NCBI GenBank assembly: GCA_016302505.1
Contig: JAEDNL010000001.1
Location: forward strand, 7,851 to 71,850
Reading direction: 5' to 3'
DNA length: 64,000 nt
Origin: Bacilli bacterium
GTDB lineage: Bacteria > Bacillota_I > Bacilli_A > RF39 > UBA660
A program made the position numbers and the translations under genes. The notes under the pieces were generated by a model. That model did no database searches, was not told where the DNA came from, and saw nothing but the letters and a program-made list of their open reading frames with translations. Of the stretch, positions 32,459-40,451 are shown piece by piece (position 1 is the stretch's first letter; each line of letters starts with the position of its first letter).

Positions 32459-34204
32459 ATGAGTGCTGTTGCGATGTTTTTAGAAGAACTTCAAAAGAGA
32501 ATAGATAGTGCTGCTTTACAAAAAACAAGTTATGATAATAAGCGAAATGCTTTAATTGAAATAGATAATATTATTCTAACGTATGGGTTAGATAAGAAAA
32601 TGATTACTAGTGCTGATTTAGGAACACTAGCAAGCACTAATATTGTTCATTTAGATAAACTTTTGGATTTTACATCAATTGCTACTGAACCCGGTGATAG
32701 GAATCTAATTAAGAATTATCTTGCTGTTTTAGAGCTTGATAGAAGAATAAGAGGAAAATATGAAGGTGTGGGAATGGAACCTTCTATTATAAGAACTAAA
32801 GAATATATAGATAGAGTTGCGATGGAAGTTACTCAAAATTTAGCTGTATGTTTAAAAAAGGAAAGAGAAGTATCAGAAAGAGAAAAAGAGATGCTTGACT
32901 TACCTAGAAATGTTTTGGCTTTGTTTAAAAATGGAGTTTTGACAAAACCAATATTTGATTTTAGTGATATTGATAAATTGTCTCTTGGAATGCCTTCTAA
33001 AGAAAGAGGCGAATTAAAATTAGAGTTATATGTTCAAAGTTATAATTTAGTCGCTTTTAAAATGAGTAAAGAAGATGAACTTTTTTTAAATAAATTTAAA
33101 GAAATTGTGAGTACTAAAAAGAAAAAATATGCAGCTGCTTATGAAAAAATAGTTAATGAAGATATAAATTTTAGTGATATGGATGCTGCTATTTCACTTT
33201 TTGAAGAACAATATGGTCTTAGTTTTGCAGATGCTAAAGGTGCGGTAACGGTTTTGCTGTTGGAAAAAAATATAACTGATTATGAAAATACGTTAAGAAG
33301 AGCTGATGTTCCTGAAAACTTTAAGAAGGAAATGATTCAGACAATTAAAGATGAAATGGAAAGTGTTTTGGCATTTTCTCGTAAACATGAAAAAACTAAA
33401 AAAGTAGAGGTTGAGGAAAATACAGAACTATCTAATAGTAAACTTTTACTAGATGAACACATTAAAGAGGCAGAAGGCATTATAAAAGCAGAAGATGCTT
33501 TGATTAAAAATGTAGATGGTGAAAAACTAGGAATGTTTCTTGCTCAAAGTGCGAGTGAAGACACCAAAGAAGCCTTAACTTATAGACTTGCCTCTATTTT
33601 AATTAGTTTAGTTAATGTTTTAAATGCGATTAAAGATAAAGAAAAATTATTAGAAGATGATGAAAATGCCTTAATAAGAGAACGAAAAGAAGCGATTGGG
33701 AAGATAAATGATTGTATTGAAACTTATAGAGTATTAAGAAAGCAAGAACCTTTAGAGAAAATTCCTGAGAAAGAAGAAGATATTTCGTTTAAAGTATTAT
33801 ATTTGACTGATAATAGTGGAAAAGATTATTTTTCAGCAATTACTGCTGGTCAAGAAAAAAAATATATTAGTGATGTATCAAAGTTAGTTCATAAGTTGGA
33901 ACAAGGTATGTTTGCAGGTAGTGAGAAGTGTGAAGGGTATAGCCAACCAATTTATAGACTTGCTTCAAAAAAGAGTAGAATTATATATATGAGATTAGCT
34001 AATAATTATATTTTAGTGCTTGCTCCTGCGATAAAAAGTGAGGAAACTAAGAGTGTTTTAGATAAAATTGTTAGAAACAGTGATAGAATTGATTATTTTA
34101 TTAAAACTGCTAAAGATGAAAGTGTAGCATCAGTGTTGTATGATGAACAGGCTAGTATAAGACAGAGTTTAAAAGCAAATGATGTAGTAAAGAAGGTAAT
34201 GTAA
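32459..34204 (+). CDS. Large helical protein ending in a RelE/ParE-superfamily (Gp49/HigB-like) domain
   Basis: The C-terminal ~110 aa, KVLYLTDNSGKDYFSAI...KLVHKLEQGMF...PIYRLASKKSRIIYMRLANNYILVLAPAIKSEE, follows the Gp49 pattern (f....Gk.p...l..L..G...lyElR...R.iY.....ivlL..f.K). Confidence 0.5.
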   Translation: MSAVAMFLEELQKRIDSAALQKTSYDNKRNALIEIDNIILTYGLDKKMITSADLGTLASTNIVHLDKLLDFTSIATEPGDRNLIKNYLAVLELDRRIRGKYEGVGMEPSIIRTKEYIDRVAMEVTQNLAVCLKKEREVSEREKEMLDLPRNVLALFKNGVLTKPIFDFSDIDKLSLGMPSKERGELKLELYVQSYNLVAFKMSKEDELFLNKFKEIVSTKKKKYAAAYEKIVNEDINFSDMDAAISLFEEQYGLSFADAKGAVTVLLLEKNITDYENTLRRADVPENFKKEMIQTIKDEMESVLAFSRKHEKTKKVEVEENTELSNSKLLLDEHIKEAEGIIKAEDALIKNVDGEKLGMFLAQSASEDTKEALTYRLASILISLVNVLNAIKDKEKLLEDDENALIRERKEAIGKINDCIETYRVLRKQEPLEKIPEKEEDISFKVLYLTDNSGKDYFSAITAGQEKKYISDVSKLVHKLEQGMFAGSEKCEGYSQPIYRLASKKSRIIYMRLANNYILVLAPAIKSEETKSVLDKIVRNSDRIDYFIKTAKDESVASVLYDEQASIRQSLKANDVVKKVM

Positions 34205-36120
34205 TGGAAGGTAAAGAAATTTTATTACAAATTTTAAATAATGGAGCACTTGCTTCTGATTCTGCTTTGCTTGAAGGTTTAAGAGAATTAACTTTAAAAA
34301 TAGATAAGGAACTTGCTTTAGTTAATGAAGGTAAAGAGCATTATGTCAAAGTTCTTAGTGATGCTATAAAAGATGGTGAAGTTTTTGATAAAGTAACTAA
34401 TCTTTTGGTAGATGCTGACAAAAATGTTTTTAAGGCAAGACTAGAGTTTATAAATGGATTAAGTGAGATAAGTGGGGAAAATCAGTTTATTTTGACGGCT
34501 GAGCAAGAAACTGAATTAAATAAGTTTATTTTACTGTTAAAAGAGGCTTCAGAAAAGTTTAAACTTAGACTAGAACTTATGGAAAAAACTGATGTTTCAG
34601 GAAGCGAGATAGAAAGAATTAAGAAGCTTCTTGATGCTGATGAACTTTTTATGCCAGATGATTATTATGCAGTAATGAATATTGTTAGGTCGTATAATCC
34701 AGCACTTGCTGATACTAATTGGGATAAGGTTGTTACGTTTTTAAATAGTTATAATGGTGAAAAATTAAAGAAATTTTATGAAGAGAAACAAAAAGATGAC
34801 GGACCAGTTAGAGCTAAATTTACTAATCCGGAAGAAGATATTTTTAGTCATAAGGATGTATTGAAGAGACCTGCTAAACCAGTAAGCGAAATAGAAAAAA
34901 TTGAAAATAGACAAAAAGTTAAAGAGATAATGGCTAGTATTGGTTTTGATTTTGATAAGTTACCACAATATTATCAAAATAAATTATTAATAGCGGATGT
35001 AAACGAACTAAAAGAGATGGCAATATATTTAAATGATAATGGTTATATTAAAAAGATTGGTGTTAATAATGATAGAGGAATTTGTGAGGTTTTAACCGGA
35101 GCTAACGTTAGAGATTTTGTAAGTATTATTGATGCACTAAAAAATGGATATAAACTTCAAGATAGAGAGATTAATAATATGTTAGTTCGTGGGACAGTTA
35201 TTTTTACTAGAAGAGGATTTAAAAATTTTAGAGGTAATGCTAATCTTTTAACTCAGTATGGTGTTGGTTTGAATTTTATGATTTATAGAGCTATTACTTT
35301 CTTGTTTGGCAATGCTAAAAATCAGGCTAATTTACTTGAATATTTAGGTAATATAGGTATTAACTGTAAGAAATTTTTAGAAAAATGTGGTTCTGTATTA
35401 ACTGATGGAGGCGCAAAAATAAAAGAAAATATTAATACACTAGTTAATTATGGCTTTAGTTTAAGTGAAAGTGATGAAAATAGTTTAAATTCTTATACTG
35501 TGTTAAAATCTAATGATTTAGCTACTGCACTTGATCAGTTTATTGAGCTAGGGTTAAATGAGTATATTCATAATTCACCAACGGCTGCTGTAAAGTCTAT
35601 TAAGGAGTTAATTGTTAAGAGAATATATTATGCTTTTAAGAATAATTTGCCGGTTTGGAAGACTTATAATACGGAACAAAGTCAATTAAATGGTGAAATA
35701 GTAAGACCAGATGGTTACAGTGAAGAAGAGGTTAATGCAACTATTTTAGAACAGTTTTATTCACAAAACACTAAGTATAATAGTTGGATTGCTGAAGAAA
35801 AAACTCCTAGTGAAGAGGAAATACTAATTTTAATTGCTGATTATCCTAATTTAGAAATGCTTGAAGAGGGGCATAGATTAGCTATTTATACTGATAGTAG
35901 ATTTGCACAAATAAAGCGTAAGACTGAATTTATGTTTGGAAATAAAGTTATTTCTAGATTAAAGACTTATAGGGCATTTAATGCTTTAATTAAACATGAG
36001 GTTGATCCTAATGAGGCTTTAAAGTATGCTATAACGTATAATTCTATATTAAGTGATGGAGATTTAGAAATGATAAATAAGTCTTTATATGGTGGTAATG
36101 AGGAAGTGAAAAGCTTATGA
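34204..36120 (+). CDS. 638-aa helical-repeat protein (mTERF-like ~35-aa repeats)
   Basis: It shares 1 nt with the stop of the previous gene (TAATG). Periodic units recur about every 35 aa: LNDNGYI, LKNGYKL, LTQYGVGL, LGNIGIN, LVNYGFSL, FIELGLNEY. Confidence 0.5.
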   Translation: MEGKEILLQILNNGALASDSALLEGLRELTLKIDKELALVNEGKEHYVKVLSDAIKDGEVFDKVTNLLVDADKNVFKARLEFINGLSEISGENQFILTAEQETELNKFILLLKEASEKFKLRLELMEKTDVSGSEIERIKKLLDADELFMPDDYYAVMNIVRSYNPALADTNWDKVVTFLNSYNGEKLKKFYEEKQKDDGPVRAKFTNPEEDIFSHKDVLKRPAKPVSEIEKIENRQKVKEIMASIGFDFDKLPQYYQNKLLIADVNELKEMAIYLNDNGYIKKIGVNNDRGICEVLTGANVRDFVSIIDALKNGYKLQDREINNMLVRGTVIFTRRGFKNFRGNANLLTQYGVGLNFMIYRAITFLFGNAKNQANLLEYLGNIGINCKKFLEKCGSVLTDGGAKIKENINTLVNYGFSLSESDENSLNSYTVLKSNDLATALDQFIELGLNEYIHNSPTAAVKSIKELIVKRIYYAFKNNLPVWKTYNTEQSQLNGEIVRPDGYSEEEVNATILEQFYSQNTKYNSWIAEEKTPSEEEILILIADYPNLEMLEEGHRLAIYTDSRFAQIKRKTEFMFGNKVISRLKTYRAFNALIKHEVDPNEALKYAITYNSILSDGDLEMINKSLYGGNEEVKSL

Positions 36121-36413
36121 TAGATTATTTAAAAAAATATAATTTAACTGATGATGATATTAATTTATTAAATAGTCAGTTAAGTGAAGATCTTAAGAAT
36201 AGTTTATTTGTGATGAAAGAAAATGCAGAAGCAATTTTAGATTATTTAAAGGAATTAGGCGTTACTAATTTTAAAGATTTGTTATTTGAGAGAACTGATA
36301 TTTGTTTCTTTGATTTAAATTATTTAAAAGAAAAAATAGAGAAATATGATAAGAAGTTAATTAAATTTGTTATAGATAATTCTATTGGAGATTTACTAGA
36401 TTTTGATATCTAG
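36117..36413 (+). CDS. 98-aa protein with the same helical-repeat unit
   Basis: ATGA overlap with the upstream gene. ILDYLKELGVTNFKDLLFERTDICFF resembles one mTERF-type unit. Confidence 0.45.
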   Translation: MIDYLKKYNLTDDDINLLNSQLSEDLKNSLFVMKENAEAILDYLKELGVTNFKDLLFERTDICFFDLNYLKEKIEKYDKKLIKFVIDNSIGDLLDFDI

Positions 36414-36463
36414 TATTTTTTTTATTTTCCTGTACATAATAATTAAGGATATTAATAAAAAAG

Positions 36464-36504
36464 TTAGCACTTGCTATTGACAAGTGCTAAAATAGTGATA
36501 TAAT
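36464..36504 (+). promoter_or_regulatory. CIRCE (HrcA operator) overlapping the hsp20 promoter
   Basis: Perfect inverted repeat TTAGCACTT-N9-AAGTGCTAA (36464-36490). TTGACA at 36477-36482 and TGATATAAT ending at 36504. Confidence 0.7.
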
Positions 36505-36522
36505 TATAATTGTGAAAGGAAG

Positions 36523-36927
36523 ATGAGATTTATGAATTTAATCCCAAGAAATTTTTTATTTGATGATGATTTGGAGGATTTCTTTGTGACAAAACCTAGT
36601 AAAAGAGGTGAAATGAAATGTGATATTTATGAAAAAGATGATAAATATTATATTGAATTAGATGCACCTGGTTTTGATAAAAAAGACATTAATATTGAAG
36701 TAAAAGATGGATATCTTACTGTAAGAGCACATAAAAAAGAAGTAAATAAAGATGAAAAGAAGAATTATATTAGAAAAGAAAGATATTATGGTGAGTATTC
36801 AAGATCATTTGCTTTAGGTGATGTTGATATTGAAAACATAGATGCTAAATTTGAAAACGGTATTTTAAATATTACTGTTCCAAAGAAAGAACTTCCTGAA
36901 AATAAAAAATATATTGAAATTAAATAA
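36523..36927 (+). CDS. Hsp20/alpha-crystallin family small heat-shock protein
   Basis: DIYEKDDKYYIELDAPGFDKKDINIEVKDGYLTVRA ... FENGILNITVPK, the alpha-crystallin domain. Confidence 0.88.
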   Translation: MRFMNLIPRNFLFDDDLEDFFVTKPSKRGEMKCDIYEKDDKYYIELDAPGFDKKDINIEVKDGYLTVRAHKKEVNKDEKKNYIRKERYYGEYSRSFALGDVDIENIDAKFENGILNITVPKKELPENKKYIEIK

Positions 36928-36931
36928 TTAG

Positions 36932-36956
36932 AACTAGCAAAACCGCTAGTTTTTTT
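36932..36956 (+). terminator. Terminator after hsp20
   Basis: AACTAGC-AAAACC-GCTAGTT followed by T6. Confidence 0.7.
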
Positions 36957-37008
36957 CTTGACTTAAATACTAAAATGACCTTATACTTTTGTTGATTGGA
37001 GAATAGGT

Positions 37009-37896
37009 ATGGGATTAATAGTAAAAAATGTTAATAAATATTTTGGAGATAAACATGTTGTTGATAATATTTCTTTTTCTTTAGAGGAACCAGGGGTATT
37101 TGGACTTTTAGGAACTAATGGTGCGGGAAAAACAACAACGATTAGAATGATTTTAGGAATTATTAAAAAGGATAGTGGAGAGATAACTTGGAATGGTAAA
37201 GCGGTTACTAGAGGTAATGTAAATTTTGGATATTTGCCGGAGGAAAGAGGGTTATATCCTAAGAGTACGATATATGATCAATTAGTTTATTTTGCTAATT
37301 TAAAAGGATTAGATAAGCGAGCAGCTGATAAGGCAGTTAAAATGTGGCTTGATAAACTTAACTTAATGGAATATATTAATAGTCCAGCCGAAAAACTTTC
37401 AAAGGGTAATCAGCAAAAAGTACAGTTTATTACGTCTATGCTACATGATCCTGATTTAATTGTTTTGGATGAACCTTTTAGTGGACTAGATCCAGTGAAT
37501 ACAGAAATTCTTAGTAAAATAATGAAAGATCTTGTAAAAAGTGGAAAATACATTATTATGTCATCTCATCAAATGAGTGTTATTGAAGAATTTTGTTCGG
37601 ATTTAGTTATTTTAAATAGAGGGAAAACGGTTTTAAGTGGCAATTTAAAAGAGATAAAAGATAGTTATGAAACTAATAAAGTTTTAATTGAAACAACCGA
37701 TGAGATAGATGGAATACTTAAGAAACTTAAAGTAGATGTATTAGATAAGAATGATGATGAGTATTTAGTTAGTGCTGATGCTGATAATAGAAGAAAACTA
37801 TTAAAGGAACTCGTTAAAAATAATATAGATGTTAAAACATTTAAAGTGATTAAACCTACTTTACATGAAATTTTTATTGAGAAGGTTGGTGAGTAA
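37009..37896 (+). CDS. ABC transporter ATP-binding protein (ABC-2/NatA-like)
   Basis: GLLGTNGAGKTT, LSKGNQQKVQF and VLDEPFSGLD. Confidence 0.88.
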   Translation: MGLIVKNVNKYFGDKHVVDNISFSLEEPGVFGLLGTNGAGKTTTIRMILGIIKKDSGEITWNGKAVTRGNVNFGYLPEERGLYPKSTIYDQLVYFANLKGLDKRAADKAVKMWLDKLNLMEYINSPAEKLSKGNQQKVQFITSMLHDPDLIVLDEPFSGLDPVNTEILSKIMKDLVKSGKYIIMSSHQMSVIEEFCSDLVILNRGKTVLSGNLKEIKDSYETNKVLIETTDEIDGILKKLKVDVLDKNDDEYLVSADADNRRKLLKELVKNNIDVKTFKVIKPTLHEIFIEKVGE

Positions 37897-37898
37897 CA

Positions 37899-39128
37899 AT
37901 GAAAGAAATGTTGATTGTTTCAAAGTTTACGATTAAGGATATGATTAAAAGAAAAAGTTTTATAGTTAGTAATATTATTTTTCTTTTGATTATATTAGTA
38001 GGGACAAATATTCCAAGAATTTTAGAAGCATTTAATAGTGATGATGAAAATTCTAGATTACTGATTGTGGATAACGATAATCTTTTGGGTGAGAGTTTGT
38101 CAGCATTAAGTGACAATAAAGATTTGAGATATGAAATTAGTTTTTCAAGTGGCGAATTTTTAAAAAGTGATGCTCAAGAGGCACTGGATAATGATGAGTA
38201 TGATGAGATTATAAGTTTTAAATTGGATGGCAATAAAATAATGTTTGAGGATTATCAGACTGACATGAATTTATCTTCTACTAATACTGAGGTTGTTGTT
38301 AATCAAATTACGAGTATTTATTATAATAAGAAATTAGTAGACTTAGGTCTTACTAGTAAACAACTTGAAGATTTAGATGTAGGTTTTGAACTTAATAATA
38401 ATTATTTATCTAATTCGGATAGTGGCAATAGTACATTTGCGATGATGATGTTTTCAATAGTGCTTTTTTATGCAGTTTTCTTTTGTGCTAGTCAGGTTTC
38501 TTCTTCAGTTACGACTGAAAAAACCTCTAAGATTATTGAAAGTTTAACAACATCAACTAGTCCTAAGAATATTGTTTTAGGAAAAACTTTAGGAGTAGGT
38601 GTAACTGGTTTAATTCAGTTAGTTGTATTACTTGGGTTTGGAATTATATGTGCTAAGATGTTTTTACCAAGTGAAATTTTAAGTGGGGTAATTAATTTAA
38701 GTTCTATTAATTTTGCCGTATGGGTAATTATAATTTTATATTTTGTTTTGGGTTATGCTTTATTTGCATTAATATTTGCACTTACCGGTTCTTTAGTACA
38801 AAAGCCTGAAGATATACAAAGTGCTAATAGTCCGGTTTCAATGCTTTCAGTTTTTGCGTTTTATTTAGCTTATTTTTCTATGATGAATCCAAAGAGTAGT
38901 GTAAGTGTTTTTGCTTCATTATTTCCATTCTCTTCACCATTTAATATGCCTTCAAGATATATGCTTGGGATAGCTAATGTATGGGATGTAGTTATTTCAA
39001 TTGGATTATTAATTGTAATGTGCGTGATTATTGGATTTATATCTGTTAAAGTCTATTCTAATGCGATATTAAATTATGGCAGTAAATTTAGTTTAAAAGA
39101 TATAGGTAAGTATTTGAAACAAAGATAA
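37899..39128 (+). CDS. ABC-2 type permease (NatB-like)
   Basis: 409 aa with one N-terminal TM, a large extracytoplasmic loop and 5 C-terminal TMs. It is adjacent to the ATPase gene. Confidence 0.75.
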   Translation: MKEMLIVSKFTIKDMIKRKSFIVSNIIFLLIILVGTNIPRILEAFNSDDENSRLLIVDNDNLLGESLSALSDNKDLRYEISFSSGEFLKSDAQEALDNDEYDEIISFKLDGNKIMFEDYQTDMNLSSTNTEVVVNQITSIYYNKKLVDLGLTSKQLEDLDVGFELNNNYLSNSDSGNSTFAMMMFSIVLFYAVFFCASQVSSSVTTEKTSKIIESLTTSTSPKNIVLGKTLGVGVTGLIQLVVLLGFGIICAKMFLPSEILSGVINLSSINFAVWVIIILYFVLGYALFALIFALTGSLVQKPEDIQSANSPVSMLSVFAFYLAYFSMMNPKSSVSVFASLFPFSSPFNMPSRYMLGIANVWDVVISIGLLIVMCVIIGFISVKVYSNAILNYGSKFSLKDIGKYLKQR

Positions 39129-39133
39129 AATTA

Positions 39134-39162
39134 TTGCATAAACATTATTTTTTGTGTATAAT
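39134..39162 (+). promoter_or_regulatory. Promoter of the tRNA gene (TTGCAT-17-TATAAT)
   Basis: -35 at 39134-39139 and -10 at 39157-39162. Confidence 0.55.
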
Positions 39163-39173
39163 GTTTGTTGCAA

Positions 39174-39249
39174 GGCCTATTGGTGAAATGGTTAACACAT
39201 TGCCCTCTCAAGGCAACATTCATGGGTTCGAATCCCATATAGGTCACCA
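39174..39249 (+). tRNA. tRNA-Glu (anticodon CUC), CCA encoded
   Basis: Hand-folded cloverleaf: acceptor GGCCTAT/ATAGGTC, D-arm GTGA..ACAC, anticodon stem TTGCC/GGCAA with loop CT-CTC-AA, T-arm ATGGG-TTCGAAT-CCCAT, then A-CCA. It closely resembles Bacillus tRNA-Glu. Confidence 0.88.
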
Positions 39250-39260
39250 ATTGATTGTTA

Positions 39261-39281
39261 AGCGAGTTATACTCGTTTTTT
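39261..39281 (+). terminator. Terminator after tRNA-Glu
   Basis: AGCGAGT-TAT-ACTCGTT followed by a T-run. Confidence 0.55.
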
Positions 39282-39310
39282 ATTTATAATAATAATGTTC
39301 AGGGAGTGAT

Positions 39311-39721
39311 ATGATGCTTATTATTGATGGTAAAGAGTATAAAATAAATGAAGCTGTTGCTTATGTTGGAAAACATATTTGTAATAATGTAAAAGGTTAT
39401 AATATTAATTTTGAAATTTCCTTTAATGATGGAGAAGATAAGGGTTATTTATATTTAAATGTAGGTTTTGTAAAAGAAAAAGATATTAATTTGTTTTTAA
39501 ATAAAAAATTTACTGGGTTTAATTTTGGTGAATATCCGTTTATGTTTTTGGAAGTATGCGATACTAAAAAATATTTAGATTCAGAAATTGAGAGTGAGAT
39601 TACTGTTGAAATTAAGGATCTAACTGATGAAAAGATAGGAGTTTCTATAAATGTAGATGATGACTTAATTAAGATTAAGTACGAGAAAAATATGAAATTA
39701 ATTGAGAGATTAAAATGCTAG
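39311..39721 (+). CDS. Hypothetical protein
   Basis: 136-aa ORF with RBS AGGGAG and no motif. Confidence 0.5.
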   Translation: MMLIIDGKEYKINEAVAYVGKHICNNVKGYNINFEISFNDGEDKGYLYLNVGFVKEKDINLFLNKKFTGFNFGEYPFMFLEVCDTKKYLDSEIESEITVEIKDLTDEKIGVSINVDDDLIKIKYEKNMKLIERLKC

Positions 39722-40014
39722 ATAGTAGTGAAATACAAGTAGATTACATTGGTTTATTTGATGATTTTAAAGATTCTGTAAAAAGACGTTTCAAGGCAAA
39801 TAAAAGATAATATGATAAATGATATGTTTTATTGTGAAAGAAAATTACAGAATCAATTTCTAGTGCTGAGCAAGTTGAAGCAATTGTTAGACGCGTAAAC
39901 AGAGAGCTTGGGGATGCGGATATAGATAAGAAATTTCAAGAAATACTTTTATTTGATTTAGAAGAAAAACGTAAAAGTTTTAATTTGGAAACTGAGGAAA
40001 CTAAGAAGATATAA
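39715..40014 (+). pseudogene. Possibly decayed ~99-codon gene, interrupted around two A-runs
   Basis: A 31-codon ORF (39715-39810) and a start-less 57-codon open frame (39838-40014; KITESISSAEQVEAIVRRVNRELGDADIDKKFQEILLFDLEEKRKSF...) share one frame. They are separated by three stops. A +1/-1 pair in the A-runs at about 39802-39805 and 39841-39844 would join them. Confidence 0.3.
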
Positions 40015-40036
40015 TTTTCTTTTTTTTTTGCTTTAC

Positions 40037-40061
40037 AGTTGAACAAGTATTCAACTATAAT
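40037..40061 (+). promoter_or_regulatory. ArsR/CadC-type operator (AGTTGAA-N6-TTCAACT) overlapping the -10 TATAAT of cadCA
   Basis: Inverted repeat 40037-40043/40050-40056, with TATAAT at 40056-40061. Confidence 0.55.
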
Positions 40062-40076
40062 GATAATGGAGGCTAT

Positions 40077-40451
40077 ATGGATTGTAAATGTTTAGAATGT
40101 GATTGTAATGTTATTCATGACAGTGTAGTTAAAAAGACTTTGAAAGAAATGCCAAAAGATGTAGTAATTACTAAAATAGCTAATTTTTTTAAAGTTATTG
40201 GTGATAGTACAAGAGCAAAAATTTTATTTGCTTTAGATACCAATGAAATGTGTGTTTGTGATATTGCAAATGTATTAAATATGACTAAGTCGACGATTTC
40301 TCATCAGCTTTCAGTTCTTAGAGAAGAACGAATTGTTAAGTGTAACCGGGTTGGCAAAGAAGTTTATTATTCGTTAGATGATGAACATGTTAAAGATGTT
40401 TATGAGGTAGCATTATCACATGTAAAGGAGATAATAAATGAAAAAATATAA
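40077..40451 (+). CDS. cadC: ArsR/SmtB-family metalloregulator CadC
   Basis: N-terminal Cys cluster (DCKCLECDC), the EMCVCDI metal site, and HTH MTKSTISHQLSVLRE. Confidence 0.85.
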   Translation: MDCKCLECDCNVIHDSVVKKTLKEMPKDVVITKIANFFKVIGDSTRAKILFALDTNEMCVCDIANVLNMTKSTISHQLSVLREERIVKCNRVGKEVYYSLDDEHVKDVYEVALSHVKEIINEKI

